This document shows, one piece after another, positions 18,373 through 28,316 of a stretch of 64,000 bases of DNA. The stretch lies in the NCBI RefSeq assembly GCF_988243305.1, contig NZ_OZ547136.1, one strand, 5' to 3'. Each line of letters starts with the position of its first letter. Position 1 is the stretch's first letter. The position numbers and the translations under genes were made by a program. The notes below the pieces were generated by a model that saw nothing but the letters and a program-made list of their open reading frames with translations, was not told the DNA's origin and did not search any database.

Positions 18373-19224
18373 TTACGCGGGAAGCGGGAAAACAGCGTTA
18401 ACCTGACCGGTGCCAGAGCTTGGGAACAGCTCGGTGATAAACTCTACCTTGCCGTCGTATTTATCCCAGCCGAGCATCCCCAGCAGCATCACCGTGTCGT
18501 GCATATTGCCTTCGCCGTAGCAGTAGTCAGCGTACTCCGGCAGCATATTGCAGAACTCTTTGAACTGGCCTTCGCGCCACAACTTCACCACGCGCTCGTC
18601 CATCTGGCGGTCGAACTCGCGGGTGTAGCTGTTCATCCCTTCTTCCGCACGCTGATCGTCAATAAAGCGGTGCGATAATGAACCGCTGGCAAGGACCGCC
18701 ACGGTGCCGTCGTACTGTTCGATCGCTTTCAGAATCGCTTCGCCCAGCTTGCGGCTGTCGGCAAAATCATGAACGGTACAGAATGCGGAGATGGAGACCA
18801 CTTTGAAGTGCTTGTCTTCATTCATGTAGCGCATTGGCACCAGCGTGCCGTATTCCAGTTTCAGGCTGGGAATGTTGTGCGCTTTTGCCCGCACGCCGAG
18901 CTTTAAGGCTTCATCGGCAATTAGCTGCCCCAACTCCGGGTTGCCCTCGTAGTTGTAGGTCATGTCACGAATAAAATGCGGCAGCTCGTTACTGGTGTAG
19001 ACGCCTTCAAAATGGTCTGCACAGTTGATGTGATAAGCACTGTTGACCAGCCAGTGAGTATCGAAAACGATAATGGTATCGACGCCCATTTCCCGGCAAC
19101 GCTTGCTGATCTCTTTATGCCCGTCGATCGCGCCCTGGCGGCAACCGTGGTTTTTCCCTGGCAGTTCAGAGAGATACATCGACGGTACGTGCGTGATCTT
19201 GGCGGCTAACGCTAACTTACCCAT
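18373..19224 (-). CDS. hpaD: 3,4-dihydroxyphenylacetate 2,3-dioxygenase HpaD
   Basis: 283-aa extradiol dioxygenase-like ORF, 1 nt downstream of hpaE. Confidence 0.88.
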   Translation of the reverse strand: MGKLALAAKITHVPSMYLSELPGKNHGCRQGAIDGHKEISKRCREMGVDTIIVFDTHWLVNSAYHINCADHFEGVYTSNELPHFIRDMTYNYEGNPELGQLIADEALKLGVRAKAHNIPSLKLEYGTLVPMRYMNEDKHFKVVSISAFCTVHDFADSRKLGEAILKAIEQYDGTVAVLASGSLSHRFIDDQRAEEGMNSYTREFDRQMDERVVKLWREGQFKEFCNMLPEYADYCYGEGNMHDTVMLLGMLGWDKYDGKVEFITELFPSSGTGQVNAVFPLPA

Positions 19225-19225
19225 A

Positions 19226-20692
19226 TCAGACTCCCCATTTCGGAATTGGATGGTCGCCCATGGAAATGCAGACGTTCTTCATTTCCGCGAACACTTCGAA
19301 GCTGTACTCACCGCCTTCACGCCCGGTGCCGGAGGCTTTTACGCCGCCAAATGGCTGGCGCAGGTCACGCACGTTCTGGGTGTTGACGAACACCATGCCA
19401 GCTTCAATGCCACGCGCCAGGCGTAACACTTTGCTGACATCCTGTGTCCAGATGTACGACGCGAGGCCGTACTCCACGTCGTTTGCCAGACGTAAGCCTT
19501 CGGCTTCGTCTTTAAACGGCAGCAGGCAGGCGACCGGCCCGAAAATCTCTTCCTGGGCGACTCGCATACGGTTATCAACGTCTGCCAGCACGGTTGGGCG
19601 CAGGAAGTTGCCGCCTTTCAGGTGCGCAGGCAGGTCGGACGGTTTATCCGGACCGCCCGCCAGCAGGGTTGCGCCTTCTTCAATGCCGAGACGAATATAG
19701 CCGGAGACTTTTTCCCAGTGTTGCTGGCTGATAAGCGCCCCAACCTGGGTATTCGGATCGTTCGGATCGCCCACGCGCAGACGGTTGGCGCGTTCGGCAA
19801 AGCGTTTAACGAATTCCGGGTAGATGCTTTGCTGAATAAAGATGCGCGAACCGGCGGTGCAGCGCTCGCCGTTGATCGAGAAGATGGTGAACAGGGCAGC
19901 GTCCAGCGCGCGTTCAATATCGGCATCTTCAAAAATCAGCACCGGCGATTTACCGCCCAGTTCCATGGAGTATTTTTTCAGCCCGGCGTTTTTCATGATG
20001 TTGCGCCCGGTGGCCGTACCGCCGGTGAACGACACGGCACGTACGTCATGATGACGAACCAGCGCATCGCCTGCGGTTGCGCCGTAGCCCTGTACCACGT
20101 TCAGCACGCCCGCCGGAATACCGGCTTCCAGCGCCAGCTCACCCAGGCGGTCAGCGGTCAGCGGGGAGAGTTCCGACATTTTCAACACCGCGGTATTGCC
20201 CAGCGCCAGACACGGCGCGACCTTCCATGTGGCGGTCATAAACGGCACGTTCCACGGCGATACCAGCGCACAAACGCCTACCGGTTGCACCAGCGTGTAG
20301 TTGAGCATCTTGTCGTCAACCGGATAGGTCTTGCCGTTCATCTGCTGGCAGACTTCCGCGAAAAATTCAAAGTTGTGAGAAGCGCGTGGGATCAATACAT
20401 TTTTGGTCTGATGGATCGGCAGGCCCGTGTCCGCGGTTTCCATCGCGGCGATCTCAGGCACGTTCTGGTCGATCAGATCGCCCAGACGGCGCATCAGGCG
20501 CGCACGCTCTTTCATCGGCAGATTGGCCCATTTCGGGAACGCCTCTTTCGCTGCCGCTACCGCCTGATTGATCTCCGCTTCACCGCCGGAGGCCACATCT
20601 GCCAGCACTTCACCCGTTGCCGGATTGGTGGTCTGGAAGTAGTCGTTACCTGCAACATTTTTGCCGTTGATCCAATGATTTACTTTTTTCAT
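19226..20692 (-). CDS. hpaE: 5-carboxymethyl-2-hydroxymuconate semialdehyde dehydrogenase HpaE
   Basis: 488-aa aldehyde dehydrogenase family ORF; overlaps the hpaG stop by 4 nt. Confidence 0.9.
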   Translation of the reverse strand: MKKVNHWINGKNVAGNDYFQTTNPATGEVLADVASGGEAEINQAVAAAKEAFPKWANLPMKERARLMRRLGDLIDQNVPEIAAMETADTGLPIHQTKNVLIPRASHNFEFFAEVCQQMNGKTYPVDDKMLNYTLVQPVGVCALVSPWNVPFMTATWKVAPCLALGNTAVLKMSELSPLTADRLGELALEAGIPAGVLNVVQGYGATAGDALVRHHDVRAVSFTGGTATGRNIMKNAGLKKYSMELGGKSPVLIFEDADIERALDAALFTIFSINGERCTAGSRIFIQQSIYPEFVKRFAERANRLRVGDPNDPNTQVGALISQQHWEKVSGYIRLGIEEGATLLAGGPDKPSDLPAHLKGGNFLRPTVLADVDNRMRVAQEEIFGPVACLLPFKDEAEGLRLANDVEYGLASYIWTQDVSKVLRLARGIEAGMVFVNTQNVRDLRQPFGGVKASGTGREGGEYSFEVFAEMKNVCISMGDHPIPKWGV

Positions 20693-21978
20693 TTCGCTGT
20701 TTCCTCACTCACAATTCGGTTCACCAGGCGGCCCACGCCTTCTACTTCCACCACTACTTCATCGCCAGGCACCACGTCAGATAAGCCTTTTGGTGTGCCG
20801 GTGGCGATCATGTCGCCCGGATTCAGGGTCATAAATTCGCTTAAGTAGGCGATCAGGAAGGGCACGCTGAAGATCAGATCGGCGGTGGTGCCTTGCTGGC
20901 GTAACTCGCCGTTGACGAAGGTGCGAAGGGTCAGATTATGCGGGGCCGGGATCGCCTCTTTCGGCACGATGGTTGAAAGCATCGGCGTCAGTCCGTCGCG
21001 GCTTTTTACCCGCAGGTTAGGGCGGTAGTAGTTTTCCAGATAGTCGCGAATGGCGTAGTCGTTACACACGGTGTAGCCCGCGACATAATCCATGGCATCG
21101 GCTTCGCTGACGTTACGCGCCTGCTTGCCAATAACTACCACCAGCTCCGCTTCGTAGTGCATGTATTCAATATTGTTCGGGCGCACGGAGGTCTGGTTAT
21201 CGCCAGTGAGGGTATTCGGCGCTTTCAGGAACACCAGCGGTTCTTCCGGTGGCTTAAATTCCAGTTCGCTGGCGTGGTCGGCGTAGTTCAGGCCGAGGGC
21301 AAACAGCGTGCCGTGCGGGTGTGGCTGCGTTGGGAAGCTCTTGCGCGTGGTCACTTCACGTTCGTCCACTACCGGATTTTCCAGTGGCGGGAAACCTTCT
21401 GCGAGAACACGCACGCGATCGCCTGGCTGTATTTCCACGCGCGCCTGTGGCGTGCCGAGCAGAATGGCATCGCCTGGATTCAGCGTGGCAAATTCGCTCA
21501 GGGCGCTCAGCAACTGTGCGGCGTTACGTTGTAAATCGGCGGTATTCCAGTGATCGGCAGGACGCCCGTTGATCTCGGTATAGATAGTCAGATTATCGAC
21601 ATTGCTGAGAGCCACGGTTTCGCCAATGGGGCAGAATCCATCACGACATTTTGCTTTGATTGCCGGGCGGTAAAAGCTCTCTTCCGGCAGGCTGACGTCG
21701 TTAGCCAGCGCATATCCGGCGATGTACTCTGCCGCATCTTCTTCACGTACTTTCGTCGCCGTTTTCCCCACCATCAACGCAACAGTCGCACCGCTCAGTA
21801 CCTTTTCACCCTGTGGAAAGGGAATCCGTTCACCGCAACCAATCACCGTATTGCGCGGTTTAATAAACCAGACCGCAGTTTTAGGCGGGGTTTTGTAGGG
21901 GGATTGCTGGAACGCTTCCTGCCATGCATCAAGCTGGCTGCGATGGTTCAACGCTACGGCGAAGATAGTGCCTTTCAT
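20689..21978 (-). CDS. hpaG: Bifunctional 5-oxopent-3-ene-1,2,5-tricarboxylate decarboxylase / isomerase HpaG
   Basis: Duplicated FAH-fold protein. Start at MKGTIFAVALNHRSQLDAWQ (429 aa). Confidence 0.9.
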   Translation of the reverse strand: MKGTIFAVALNHRSQLDAWQEAFQQSPYKTPPKTAVWFIKPRNTVIGCGERIPFPQGEKVLSGATVALMVGKTATKVREEDAAEYIAGYALANDVSLPEESFYRPAIKAKCRDGFCPIGETVALSNVDNLTIYTEINGRPADHWNTADLQRNAAQLLSALSEFATLNPGDAILLGTPQARVEIQPGDRVRVLAEGFPPLENPVVDEREVTTRKSFPTQPHPHGTLFALGLNYADHASELEFKPPEEPLVFLKAPNTLTGDNQTSVRPNNIEYMHYEAELVVVIGKQARNVSEADAMDYVAGYTVCNDYAIRDYLENYYRPNLRVKSRDGLTPMLSTIVPKEAIPAPHNLTLRTFVNGELRQQGTTADLIFSVPFLIAYLSEFMTLNPGDMIATGTPKGLSDVVPGDEVVVEVEGVGRLVNRIVSEETAK

Positions 21979-22249
21979 TACCACTCCTCGGATTCGATCA
22001 TCTTAATCATTAATATGTTAATGATTACTTTTATTCCCGATTGCGTAGTTTGGCAAAAGTAAGTGATGTAAATGTGATCTAATTAACAAACTATTTACAT
22101 TTGCAGGTAATAAAATACTAAATATCAGTAAGTTAATAAAGTATGCTCAATTTTGATAAAATGAGGAATTGCGGGGATAGCTCAGTCCCGGTAACGTGAT
22201 GATTAACTGTTTCTATATTAATGATTTTGAATTTTTCAGGGGAAAGATA
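21979..22249. promoter_or_regulatory. Divergent hpaG-operon / hpaR promoter-operator region
   Basis: 271-bp AT-rich intergenic region between divergent hpaG and hpaR. Function inferred from known hpa regulation; no sites mapped. Confidence 0.45.
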
Positions 22250-22696
22250 ATGCACGACTCACTAACCATTGCGTTGCTCCAGGCGCGAGAAGCGGCGATG
22301 AGTTATTTTCGCCCAATCGTTAAACGGCATAATTTGACTGAGCAACAGTGGCGCATCGTGCGTATTCTGGCGGAAAGCCCATCAATGGATTTTCACGATC
22401 TGGCGTATCGCGCCTGCATTTTGCGCCCAAGCCTGACCGGGATCCTCACGCGGATGGAACGCGACGGTTTAGTGTTGCGATTAAAGCCGATCAATGATCA
22501 GCGGAAGCTCTATATCTCGCTGACCAAAGAGGGGCAGGCGCTGTATAACCGCGCTCAGACACAGATTGAAGAGGCCTATCGGCAGATTGAAGCTCAGTTT
22601 ACTGCCGAGAAAATGCAACAGTTAACCCATCTGTTAGAGGAATTTATTGCTCTGGGTAATTCCCGACAAGAAGACATCCCGGGCGATAATGAATAA
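22250..22696 (+). CDS. hpaR: MarR-family repressor HpaR
   Basis: ORF track 22196..22696. Start set at the ATG at 22250 (GGGGAAAG SD upstream), MHDSLTIALLQAREAAMSYFRP..., 148 aa. Confidence 0.85.
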   Translation: MHDSLTIALLQAREAAMSYFRPIVKRHNLTEQQWRIVRILAESPSMDFHDLAYRACILRPSLTGILTRMERDGLVLRLKPINDQRKLYISLTKEGQALYNRAQTQIEEAYRQIEAQFTAEKMQQLTHLLEEFIALGNSRQEDIPGDNE

Positions 22697-22757
22697 CTTT
22701 TTAATATCTGATAACCAGCGCCTGGTTTTTCCATGGATGGCGGGTTACACCTTTTCA

Positions 22758-22784
22758 TAAAGTTTTTCCTTTCCAGGCCGAAAA
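22758..22784 (+). promoter_or_regulatory. Sigma-28 (FliA) class III promoter of tsr
   Basis: TAAAGTTT-N11-GCCGAAAA matches the FliA consensus TAAAGTTT-N11-GCCGATAA, about 30 nt upstream of the tsr start. Confidence 0.6.
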
Positions 22785-22814
22785 TCTTGCATCGGTCCAC
22801 AGGAAAGAGAAACC

Positions 22815-24479
22815 ATGTTAAAACGTATCAAAATTGTGACCAGCTTACTGCTGGTTTTGGCCGTTTTTGGCCTTTTACAACTGACATCAGGCGGTCTGTT
22901 CTTTAATGCCTTAAAGAATGACAAAGAAAATTTCACTGTTTTACAAACCATTCGCCAGCAGCAATCCACGCTGAATGGCAGCTGGGTCGCGTTGTTGCAG
23001 ACGCGTAACACCCTCAACCGCGCGGGTATCCGCTACATGATGGATCAGAATAATATTGGTAGCGGTTCAACCGTTGCTGAGCTGATGCAGAGTGCCAGTA
23101 TTTCGCTGAAACAGGCGGAAAAAAACTGGGCGGATTACGAAGCGTTGCCGCGTGACCCGCATCAGAGCACCGCCGCAGCGGCAGAGATCAAACGTAATTA
23201 CGATATTTATCACAATGCGCTGGCGGAGCTGATCCAACTGTTAGGTGCAGGCAAAATCAACGAGTTCTTTGATCAGCCAACCCAGGGATATCAGGACGGT
23301 TTCGAGAAGCAGTATGTGGCTTACATGGAGCAAAACGATCGGCTCTATGATATCGCCGTCAGCGATAATAATGCCTCCTACAGCCAGGCGATGTGGATCC
23401 TGGTGGGCGTGATGATCGTCGTACTGGCAGTCATCTTCGCCGTCTGGTTCGGTATTAAAGCCTCGTTGGTAGCGCCAATGAATCGCCTGATTGACAGCAT
23501 TCGTCATATTGCAGGCGGCGATCTGGTGAAACCGATTGAGGTGGATGGCTCTAATGAGATGGGGCAACTGGCAGAGAGTTTGCGCCATATGCAGGGAGAG
23601 CTGATGCGAACCGTCGGTGATGTGCGCAACGGGGCCAATGCCATCTATAGCGGTGCCAGCGAAATCGCCACCGGCAATAACGATCTCTCTTCGCGCACCG
23701 AGCAACAGGCCGCTTCGCTGGAAGAGACGGCAGCCAGCATGGAGCAACTGACCGCAACGGTGAAACAGAACGCCGAGAATGCGCGTCAGGCCAGCCATCT
23801 GGCGTTAAGTGCTTCTGAAACGGCGCAACGCGGCGGCAAAGTGGTGGATAACGTAGTACAGACCATGCGCGATATCTCCACCAGTTCGCAGAAAATCGCC
23901 GATATTATCAGCGTAATTGACGGCATTGCCTTCCAGACCAATATTCTGGCTTTGAACGCGGCGGTTGAGGCTGCGCGTGCGGGTGAGCAAGGGCGCGGTT
24001 TTGCGGTGGTCGCGGGAGAAGTGCGTAATCTGGCCCAGCGCAGCGCCCAGGCGGCTCGTGAAATTAAAAGCCTGATTGAAGACTCGGTGGGGAAAGTGGA
24101 TGTTGGCTCTACGCTGGTCGAAAGCGCCGGGGAAACAATGGCGGAGATTGTCAGTGCCGTGACCCGCGTGACGGACATTATGGGCGAAATTGCTTCTGCT
24201 TCTGATGAGCAGAGCCGTGGTATCGATCAGGTTGGATTAGCGGTTGCTGAGATGGACCGGGTAACTCAACAGAACGCCGCGCTGGTGGAAGAATCTGCCG
24301 CCGCCGCTGCCGCGCTGGAAGAGCAGGCCAGTCGCCTGACCGAAGCTGTGGCAGTGTTCCGGATTCAGCAACAGCAGCAACAGCAGCGTGAAACATCGGC
24401 TGTAGTAAAAACCGTGACGCCAGCTACGCCGCGTAAAATGGCCGTGGCAGATAGCGGCGAGAACTGGGAAACGTTTTAA
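22815..24479 (+). CDS. tsr: Methyl-accepting chemotaxis protein I (serine chemoreceptor) Tsr, 554 aa
   Basis: Full-length match to recalled Tsr, including the C-terminal NWETF pentapeptide. Carries a 7-Gln run ([11 protein letters not shown]) in the C-terminal linker. Confidence 0.95.
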   Translation: MLKRIKIVTSLLLVLAVFGLLQLTSGGLFFNALKNDKENFTVLQTIRQQQSTLNGSWVALLQTRNTLNRAGIRYMMDQNNIGSGSTVAELMQSASISLKQAEKNWADYEALPRDPHQSTAAAAEIKRNYDIYHNALAELIQLLGAGKINEFFDQPTQGYQDGFEKQYVAYMEQNDRLYDIAVSDNNASYSQAMWILVGVMIVVLAVIFAVWFGIKASLVAPMNRLIDSIRHIAGGDLVKPIEVDGSNEMGQLAESLRHMQGELMRTVGDVRNGANAIYSGASEIATGNNDLSSRTEQQAASLEETAASMEQLTATVKQNAENARQASHLALSASETAQRGGKVVDNVVQTMRDISTSSQKIADIISVIDGIAFQTNILALNAAVEAARAGEQGRGFAVVAGEVRNLAQRSAQAAREIKSLIEDSVGKVDVGSTLVESAGETMAEIVSAVTRVTDIMGEIASASDEQSRGIDQVGLAVAEMDRVTQQNAALVEESAAAAAALEEQASRLTEAVAVFRIQQQQQQQRETSAVVKTVTPATPRKMAVADSGENWETF

Positions 24480-24488
24480 TCGCCATAA

Positions 24489-24521
24489 AAATGCCCGATA
24501 AGCAAAATGTTATCGGGCATA
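24489..24521. terminator. Bidirectional stem-loop terminator between convergent tsr and lgoT
   Basis: Inverted repeat ATGCCCGATAA...TTATCGGGCAT in the 48-bp convergent gap. Confidence 0.5.
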
Positions 24522-24527
24522 GGGAGT

Positions 24528-25889
24528 TTAATCTTTACGCGGGTCGTTGATCGGCTGACGAACCAGGAAGATGTACGCCAGTGCCCCCGCTGCGGTGACG
24601 CAACCGCAGATGATTAGTGCCAGACGGAATGAGTGGGTGGTATCAACAATAAAACCAGTAATGATCGGCGCGAAAGAGGCGCAGATGAAGCTGGCAAAGT
24701 TCTGGATACTGCCCACCGACGCCGTCATGCGAGAAGCAACTGCGACGTGGATCAAGCCCCAGCAGGATGTTCCGGCAAAGTGAATACAAAACAGTGCCAT
24801 GCCAATCAGCAGAACCGCTGTCATGGATGTTGTCGCTTGCGGTACGACCAGCGTAAAGGCGGCAGAACAGAACATCCCGGCAATAATGCAGATCTTACGG
24901 CTTTTAATCGGAGCCATTCCCCCTTTGACCAGCCAGTCGGTAACGTAACCGTTGACCAGCATCCCGGCAGCCCCAAACAGGAAAGGGATAGCCGCCATCA
25001 ATCCTGTGCTTTTTAAATCCAGGTTATAGGCTGTTTGCAGGTAACCAGGAAGCCAGGCCAGATACAGCCACGCAGTGTAGTTGATGCCACTGAATCCGAG
25101 CATCATTCCCCACATTGTGCGGTTACGGAACAGGCTGCGCCATTCGGCAAAACTGAGCGGATCTCGGCGGGCATTGACGCTACCTGCATTGAGATAAGCT
25201 TGTTCAACGGCAGTCAGTTCTACGTGCTCGCGGTTGCGATAGAGCATATACCAGCCGATGGCGAGAAAAATCCCCAGTACACCAATGGTAATAAACATCC
25301 CGCGCCAGCCCATCACCAGCATCATCGCCGCCAGAATCGGTGGGCTTACGGCAACGCCAATGGTAGAAGCTGCGTTGAAGAAGCCCATCGGGCGTCCGCG
25401 CTCTTTGATGTTGAACCAGTCGTTAATGACTTTTACACCGCATGGGTTCATCGGCGCTTCACCAATCCCCATACCGATACGCACCAACACGAACTGCGTA
25501 AAGCTGTGCACCATGCCAGACATGGCCTGGAACAGTGACCAGAAGAACATCCCCAGTCCCAGCATCAGGCGTGGGCCTTTACGATCCAATAGTGGGCCGC
25601 AAGGAAGTTGCGCAATCCCGTAAGCGAGTGAAAACACGGAGAGCAAAGCGCCGATTTCGGTGGCACTTAATCCCAATTCTTCACGAATCGTTAAATTTGC
25701 TACCGACAGCGAACTGCGGTCGAGATAATTGATTACCGCCGCAAAAAATAATAACAACATGGCGGTGGTTTGAATGCGTTTAATTCGGGTACTGCGTTGA
25801 ACTAATCCATCTGGTGGCACGGGAATATCTGCCGACGAAGATGGAGTAAATGAAGAACGCGGATCGAGGGTGATATTTTCTTTTTCCAC
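24528..25889 (-). CDS. lgoT: MFS L-galactonate transporter LgoT (YjiZ)
   Basis: 453-aa MFS protein, syntenic with lgoR and lgoD. Confidence 0.88.
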   Translation of the reverse strand: MEKENITLDPRSSFTPSSSADIPVPPDGLVQRSTRIKRIQTTAMLLLFFAAVINYLDRSSLSVANLTIREELGLSATEIGALLSVFSLAYGIAQLPCGPLLDRKGPRLMLGLGMFFWSLFQAMSGMVHSFTQFVLVRIGMGIGEAPMNPCGVKVINDWFNIKERGRPMGFFNAASTIGVAVSPPILAAMMLVMGWRGMFITIGVLGIFLAIGWYMLYRNREHVELTAVEQAYLNAGSVNARRDPLSFAEWRSLFRNRTMWGMMLGFSGINYTAWLYLAWLPGYLQTAYNLDLKSTGLMAAIPFLFGAAGMLVNGYVTDWLVKGGMAPIKSRKICIIAGMFCSAAFTLVVPQATTSMTAVLLIGMALFCIHFAGTSCWGLIHVAVASRMTASVGSIQNFASFICASFAPIITGFIVDTTHSFRLALIICGCVTAAGALAYIFLVRQPINDPRKD

Positions 25890-26103
25890 GCCGGACTCCT
25901 GTATTTATAATTTTAATTGTTTACGTAATTGTGCATTACGCAAGGTTGACATTAACGGCAGGTTAAAGTTTTAGGACTTTACTACCGCTCACAAAAACAT
26001 TTTTAGTCGACTGATTGTGAGCATAGGTAAGCGGGAATTTCCCGGTATTTATCTTTTGATAAAACCGTGCACCCGCTAATAGTTTGCTGTTTTTAATCCG
26101 TAC

Positions 26104-27018
26104 TTAATGAGCATAACGCGTGTTCTCATTAATGGATCGAATCATTGATTGTTTAGCTGAATTCAAATGGTTACGGAGCGCAAGGGTGGCATCAAGGTCA
26201 CTGCGGCAAATCAGAGCGCTGAGAATGGTCATATGCTCATCGACGGCAATGATATTGCGCTGTTTAAGATCGCTTTCGTCCCATTGATAGTGAAAATGAA
26301 AGATGACTGAGATGATCTCAAGCGATTGATCAAAAAAGATATTGTCGGCAGCTGAAAGCAGTAAGGAGTGAAAATCTCTGTCAAGTTGCGAGAACATGCG
26401 AAAGCTATTGCCGATGTTGTCACGCAGTAGCCGATGACGTTCGAGCATGGTTTTCGCCTGCAGCCAGCGGGGATCATGATCAGGCAGGTTGAGAAAGTGC
26501 TGAAGTGAATGAGTTTCGAGCATTTCGCGTAGCTCAAACAGCTGCTCAGCGTAGGATTGATCGAATTGCTTCATGCTCCACTGGCCGCGCTTTTCGCTTT
26601 GAATAAGATTATAACGGCCGAATTTTAAAAGATATTCTCTTACTACAACCGGGCTGACACCCGCGGCCCGAGCCAGTTGCAGTTCAGAAAAAGTTTCCCC
26701 AGGGCGTAACTGACGCTGGTTTATCATCGTGAAAAAAGCCTGCTCAAACACTTTGTTTTGTTCACTCATTGAAGCGGTAGTACAGGCGAAACCGTCATCA
26801 TGGTCAGGTTTACGCGCAATAACATAGTCGTTTCCAACCTGCGTTAAGACGCCGCATTCGCGTAAGTGGCTGAGAATATGACGCACTGTAGTGCGGCTGA
26901 TGTTGTACATTTCCGCCAACGCACTTTGCGATGGAAGTGGGGAAGGGATATGACCCCGCGCCATATCATCAATGACCTGGTTAATCACATTGTGGCGTAA
27001 ATTTTGTGAACGACTCAT
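26104..27018 (-). CDS. lgoR: GntR-family transcriptional regulator LgoR (YjjM)
   Basis: 304-aa ORF with an N-terminal GntR HTH. Confidence 0.88.
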   Translation of the reverse strand: MSRSQNLRHNVINQVIDDMARGHIPSPLPSQSALAEMYNISRTTVRHILSHLRECGVLTQVGNDYVIARKPDHDDGFACTTASMSEQNKVFEQAFFTMINQRQLRPGETFSELQLARAAGVSPVVVREYLLKFGRYNLIQSEKRGQWSMKQFDQSYAEQLFELREMLETHSLQHFLNLPDHDPRWLQAKTMLERHRLLRDNIGNSFRMFSQLDRDFHSLLLSAADNIFFDQSLEIISVIFHFHYQWDESDLKQRNIIAVDEHMTILSALICRSDLDATLALRNHLNSAKQSMIRSINENTRYAH

Positions 27019-27156
27019 ATTTTCCTCCTTGTGAGTCCATTAAAACCCGATTTAAAACATTTTTATGCGTGTGTTTTCACAAAACAGATTTTCCGTTCCG
27101 CTGCCATTTTTCATTTTCATTGATATCTAAGGCAACAAAAAATGGAGAGCCGAATC

Positions 27157-28179
27157 ATGTCTACGATGAATGTTTTAATTTGCCAGCAGCCGAAAGAATT
27201 AGTCTGGAAACAACGCGAGATACCTATTCCGGGTGACAATGAAGCATTAATAAAAATTAAGTCTGTCGGGATTTGCGGTACCGATATTCATGCCTGGGGT
27301 GGAAATCAACCATTTTTTAGTTATCCACGGGTTTTAGGCCATGAAATATGTGGGGAGATTGTTGGGCTGGGTAAAAATATTGCAAATCTTAAAAATGGAC
27401 AGCAAGTAGCGGTGATCCCTTATGTTGCCTGTCAGCAATGCCCGGCGTGTAAAAGCGGGCGTACCAATTGCTGTGAAAAAATTTCAGTCATTGGCGTGCA
27501 TCAGGATGGCGGTTTTAGTGAGTATTTGAGCGTGCCGGTGGCGAACATTTTGCCCGCAGACGGTATTGACCCGCAGGCGGCAGCATTGATTGAACCTTTC
27601 GCTATTAGCGCTCATGCGGTGCGTCGCGCAGCCATGGCTCCCGGCGAGCAGGTGCTGGTGGTCGGGGCGGGGCCAATCGGTCTGGGCGCGGCGGCAATCG
27701 CTAAAGCCGATGGCGCACAGGTAGTGGTGGCGGATACCAGTCCGGCGCGCCGTGAACATGTGGCAACGCGTCTGGAGTTGCCCGTGCTGGACCCGTCAGC
27801 CGAAGATTTTGACGCGCAGCTGCGGGCGCAGTTTGGTGGTTCGCTGGCGCAGAAAGTGATCGACGCGACAGGTAATCAACATGCGATGAATAACACCGTG
27901 AATCTGATTCGTCACGGCGGCACGGTGGTATTTGTCGGTCTGTTTAAAGGTGAGTTGCAGTTCTCCGATCCAGAATTCCATAAAAAAGAAACGACGATGA
28001 TGGGTAGCCGCAACGCCACGCCGGAAGATTTCGCTAAAGTCGGTCGACTGATGGCGGAAGGGAAAATCACTGCCGACATGATGTTAACCCATCGCTACCC
28101 GTTCGCCACGCTGGCAGAAACCTACGAGCGTGATGTGATTAACAATCGTGAGTTGATTAAGGGTGTAATTACTTTCTGA
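27157..28179 (+). CDS. lgoD: L-galactonate 5-dehydrogenase LgoD (YjjN), Zn-dependent MDR family
   Basis: Start set at MSTMNVLICQQPKELVWKQ with GGAGAG SD (340 aa). GHE and Cys-rich Zn-ADH motifs. Confidence 0.9.
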   Translation: MSTMNVLICQQPKELVWKQREIPIPGDNEALIKIKSVGICGTDIHAWGGNQPFFSYPRVLGHEICGEIVGLGKNIANLKNGQQVAVIPYVACQQCPACKSGRTNCCEKISVIGVHQDGGFSEYLSVPVANILPADGIDPQAAALIEPFAISAHAVRRAAMAPGEQVLVVGAGPIGLGAAAIAKADGAQVVVADTSPARREHVATRLELPVLDPSAEDFDAQLRAQFGGSLAQKVIDATGNQHAMNNTVNLIRHGGTVVFVGLFKGELQFSDPEFHKKETTMMGSRNATPEDFAKVGRLMAEGKITADMMLTHRYPFATLAETYERDVINNRELIKGVITF

Positions 28180-28316
28180 TAAGGCGAGATTATTAAAGTT
28201 GCCATGCAGCGTCCGGGGAAGTGTTGGGCGCTGTTTTTTTTGTTTCTTAATAGTGTGTTGTAAGCCGGAGAAGGCGTGTAGGTCGCACCTTATGCGACCT
28301 ACACATCAGTCAGGAA

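Noticed and set aside
19622-20848. 408-aa plus-strand ORF antisense to hpaE
   Set aside because: Arg-rich, non-protein-like composition; fully nested antisense to a conserved aldehyde dehydrogenase gene.
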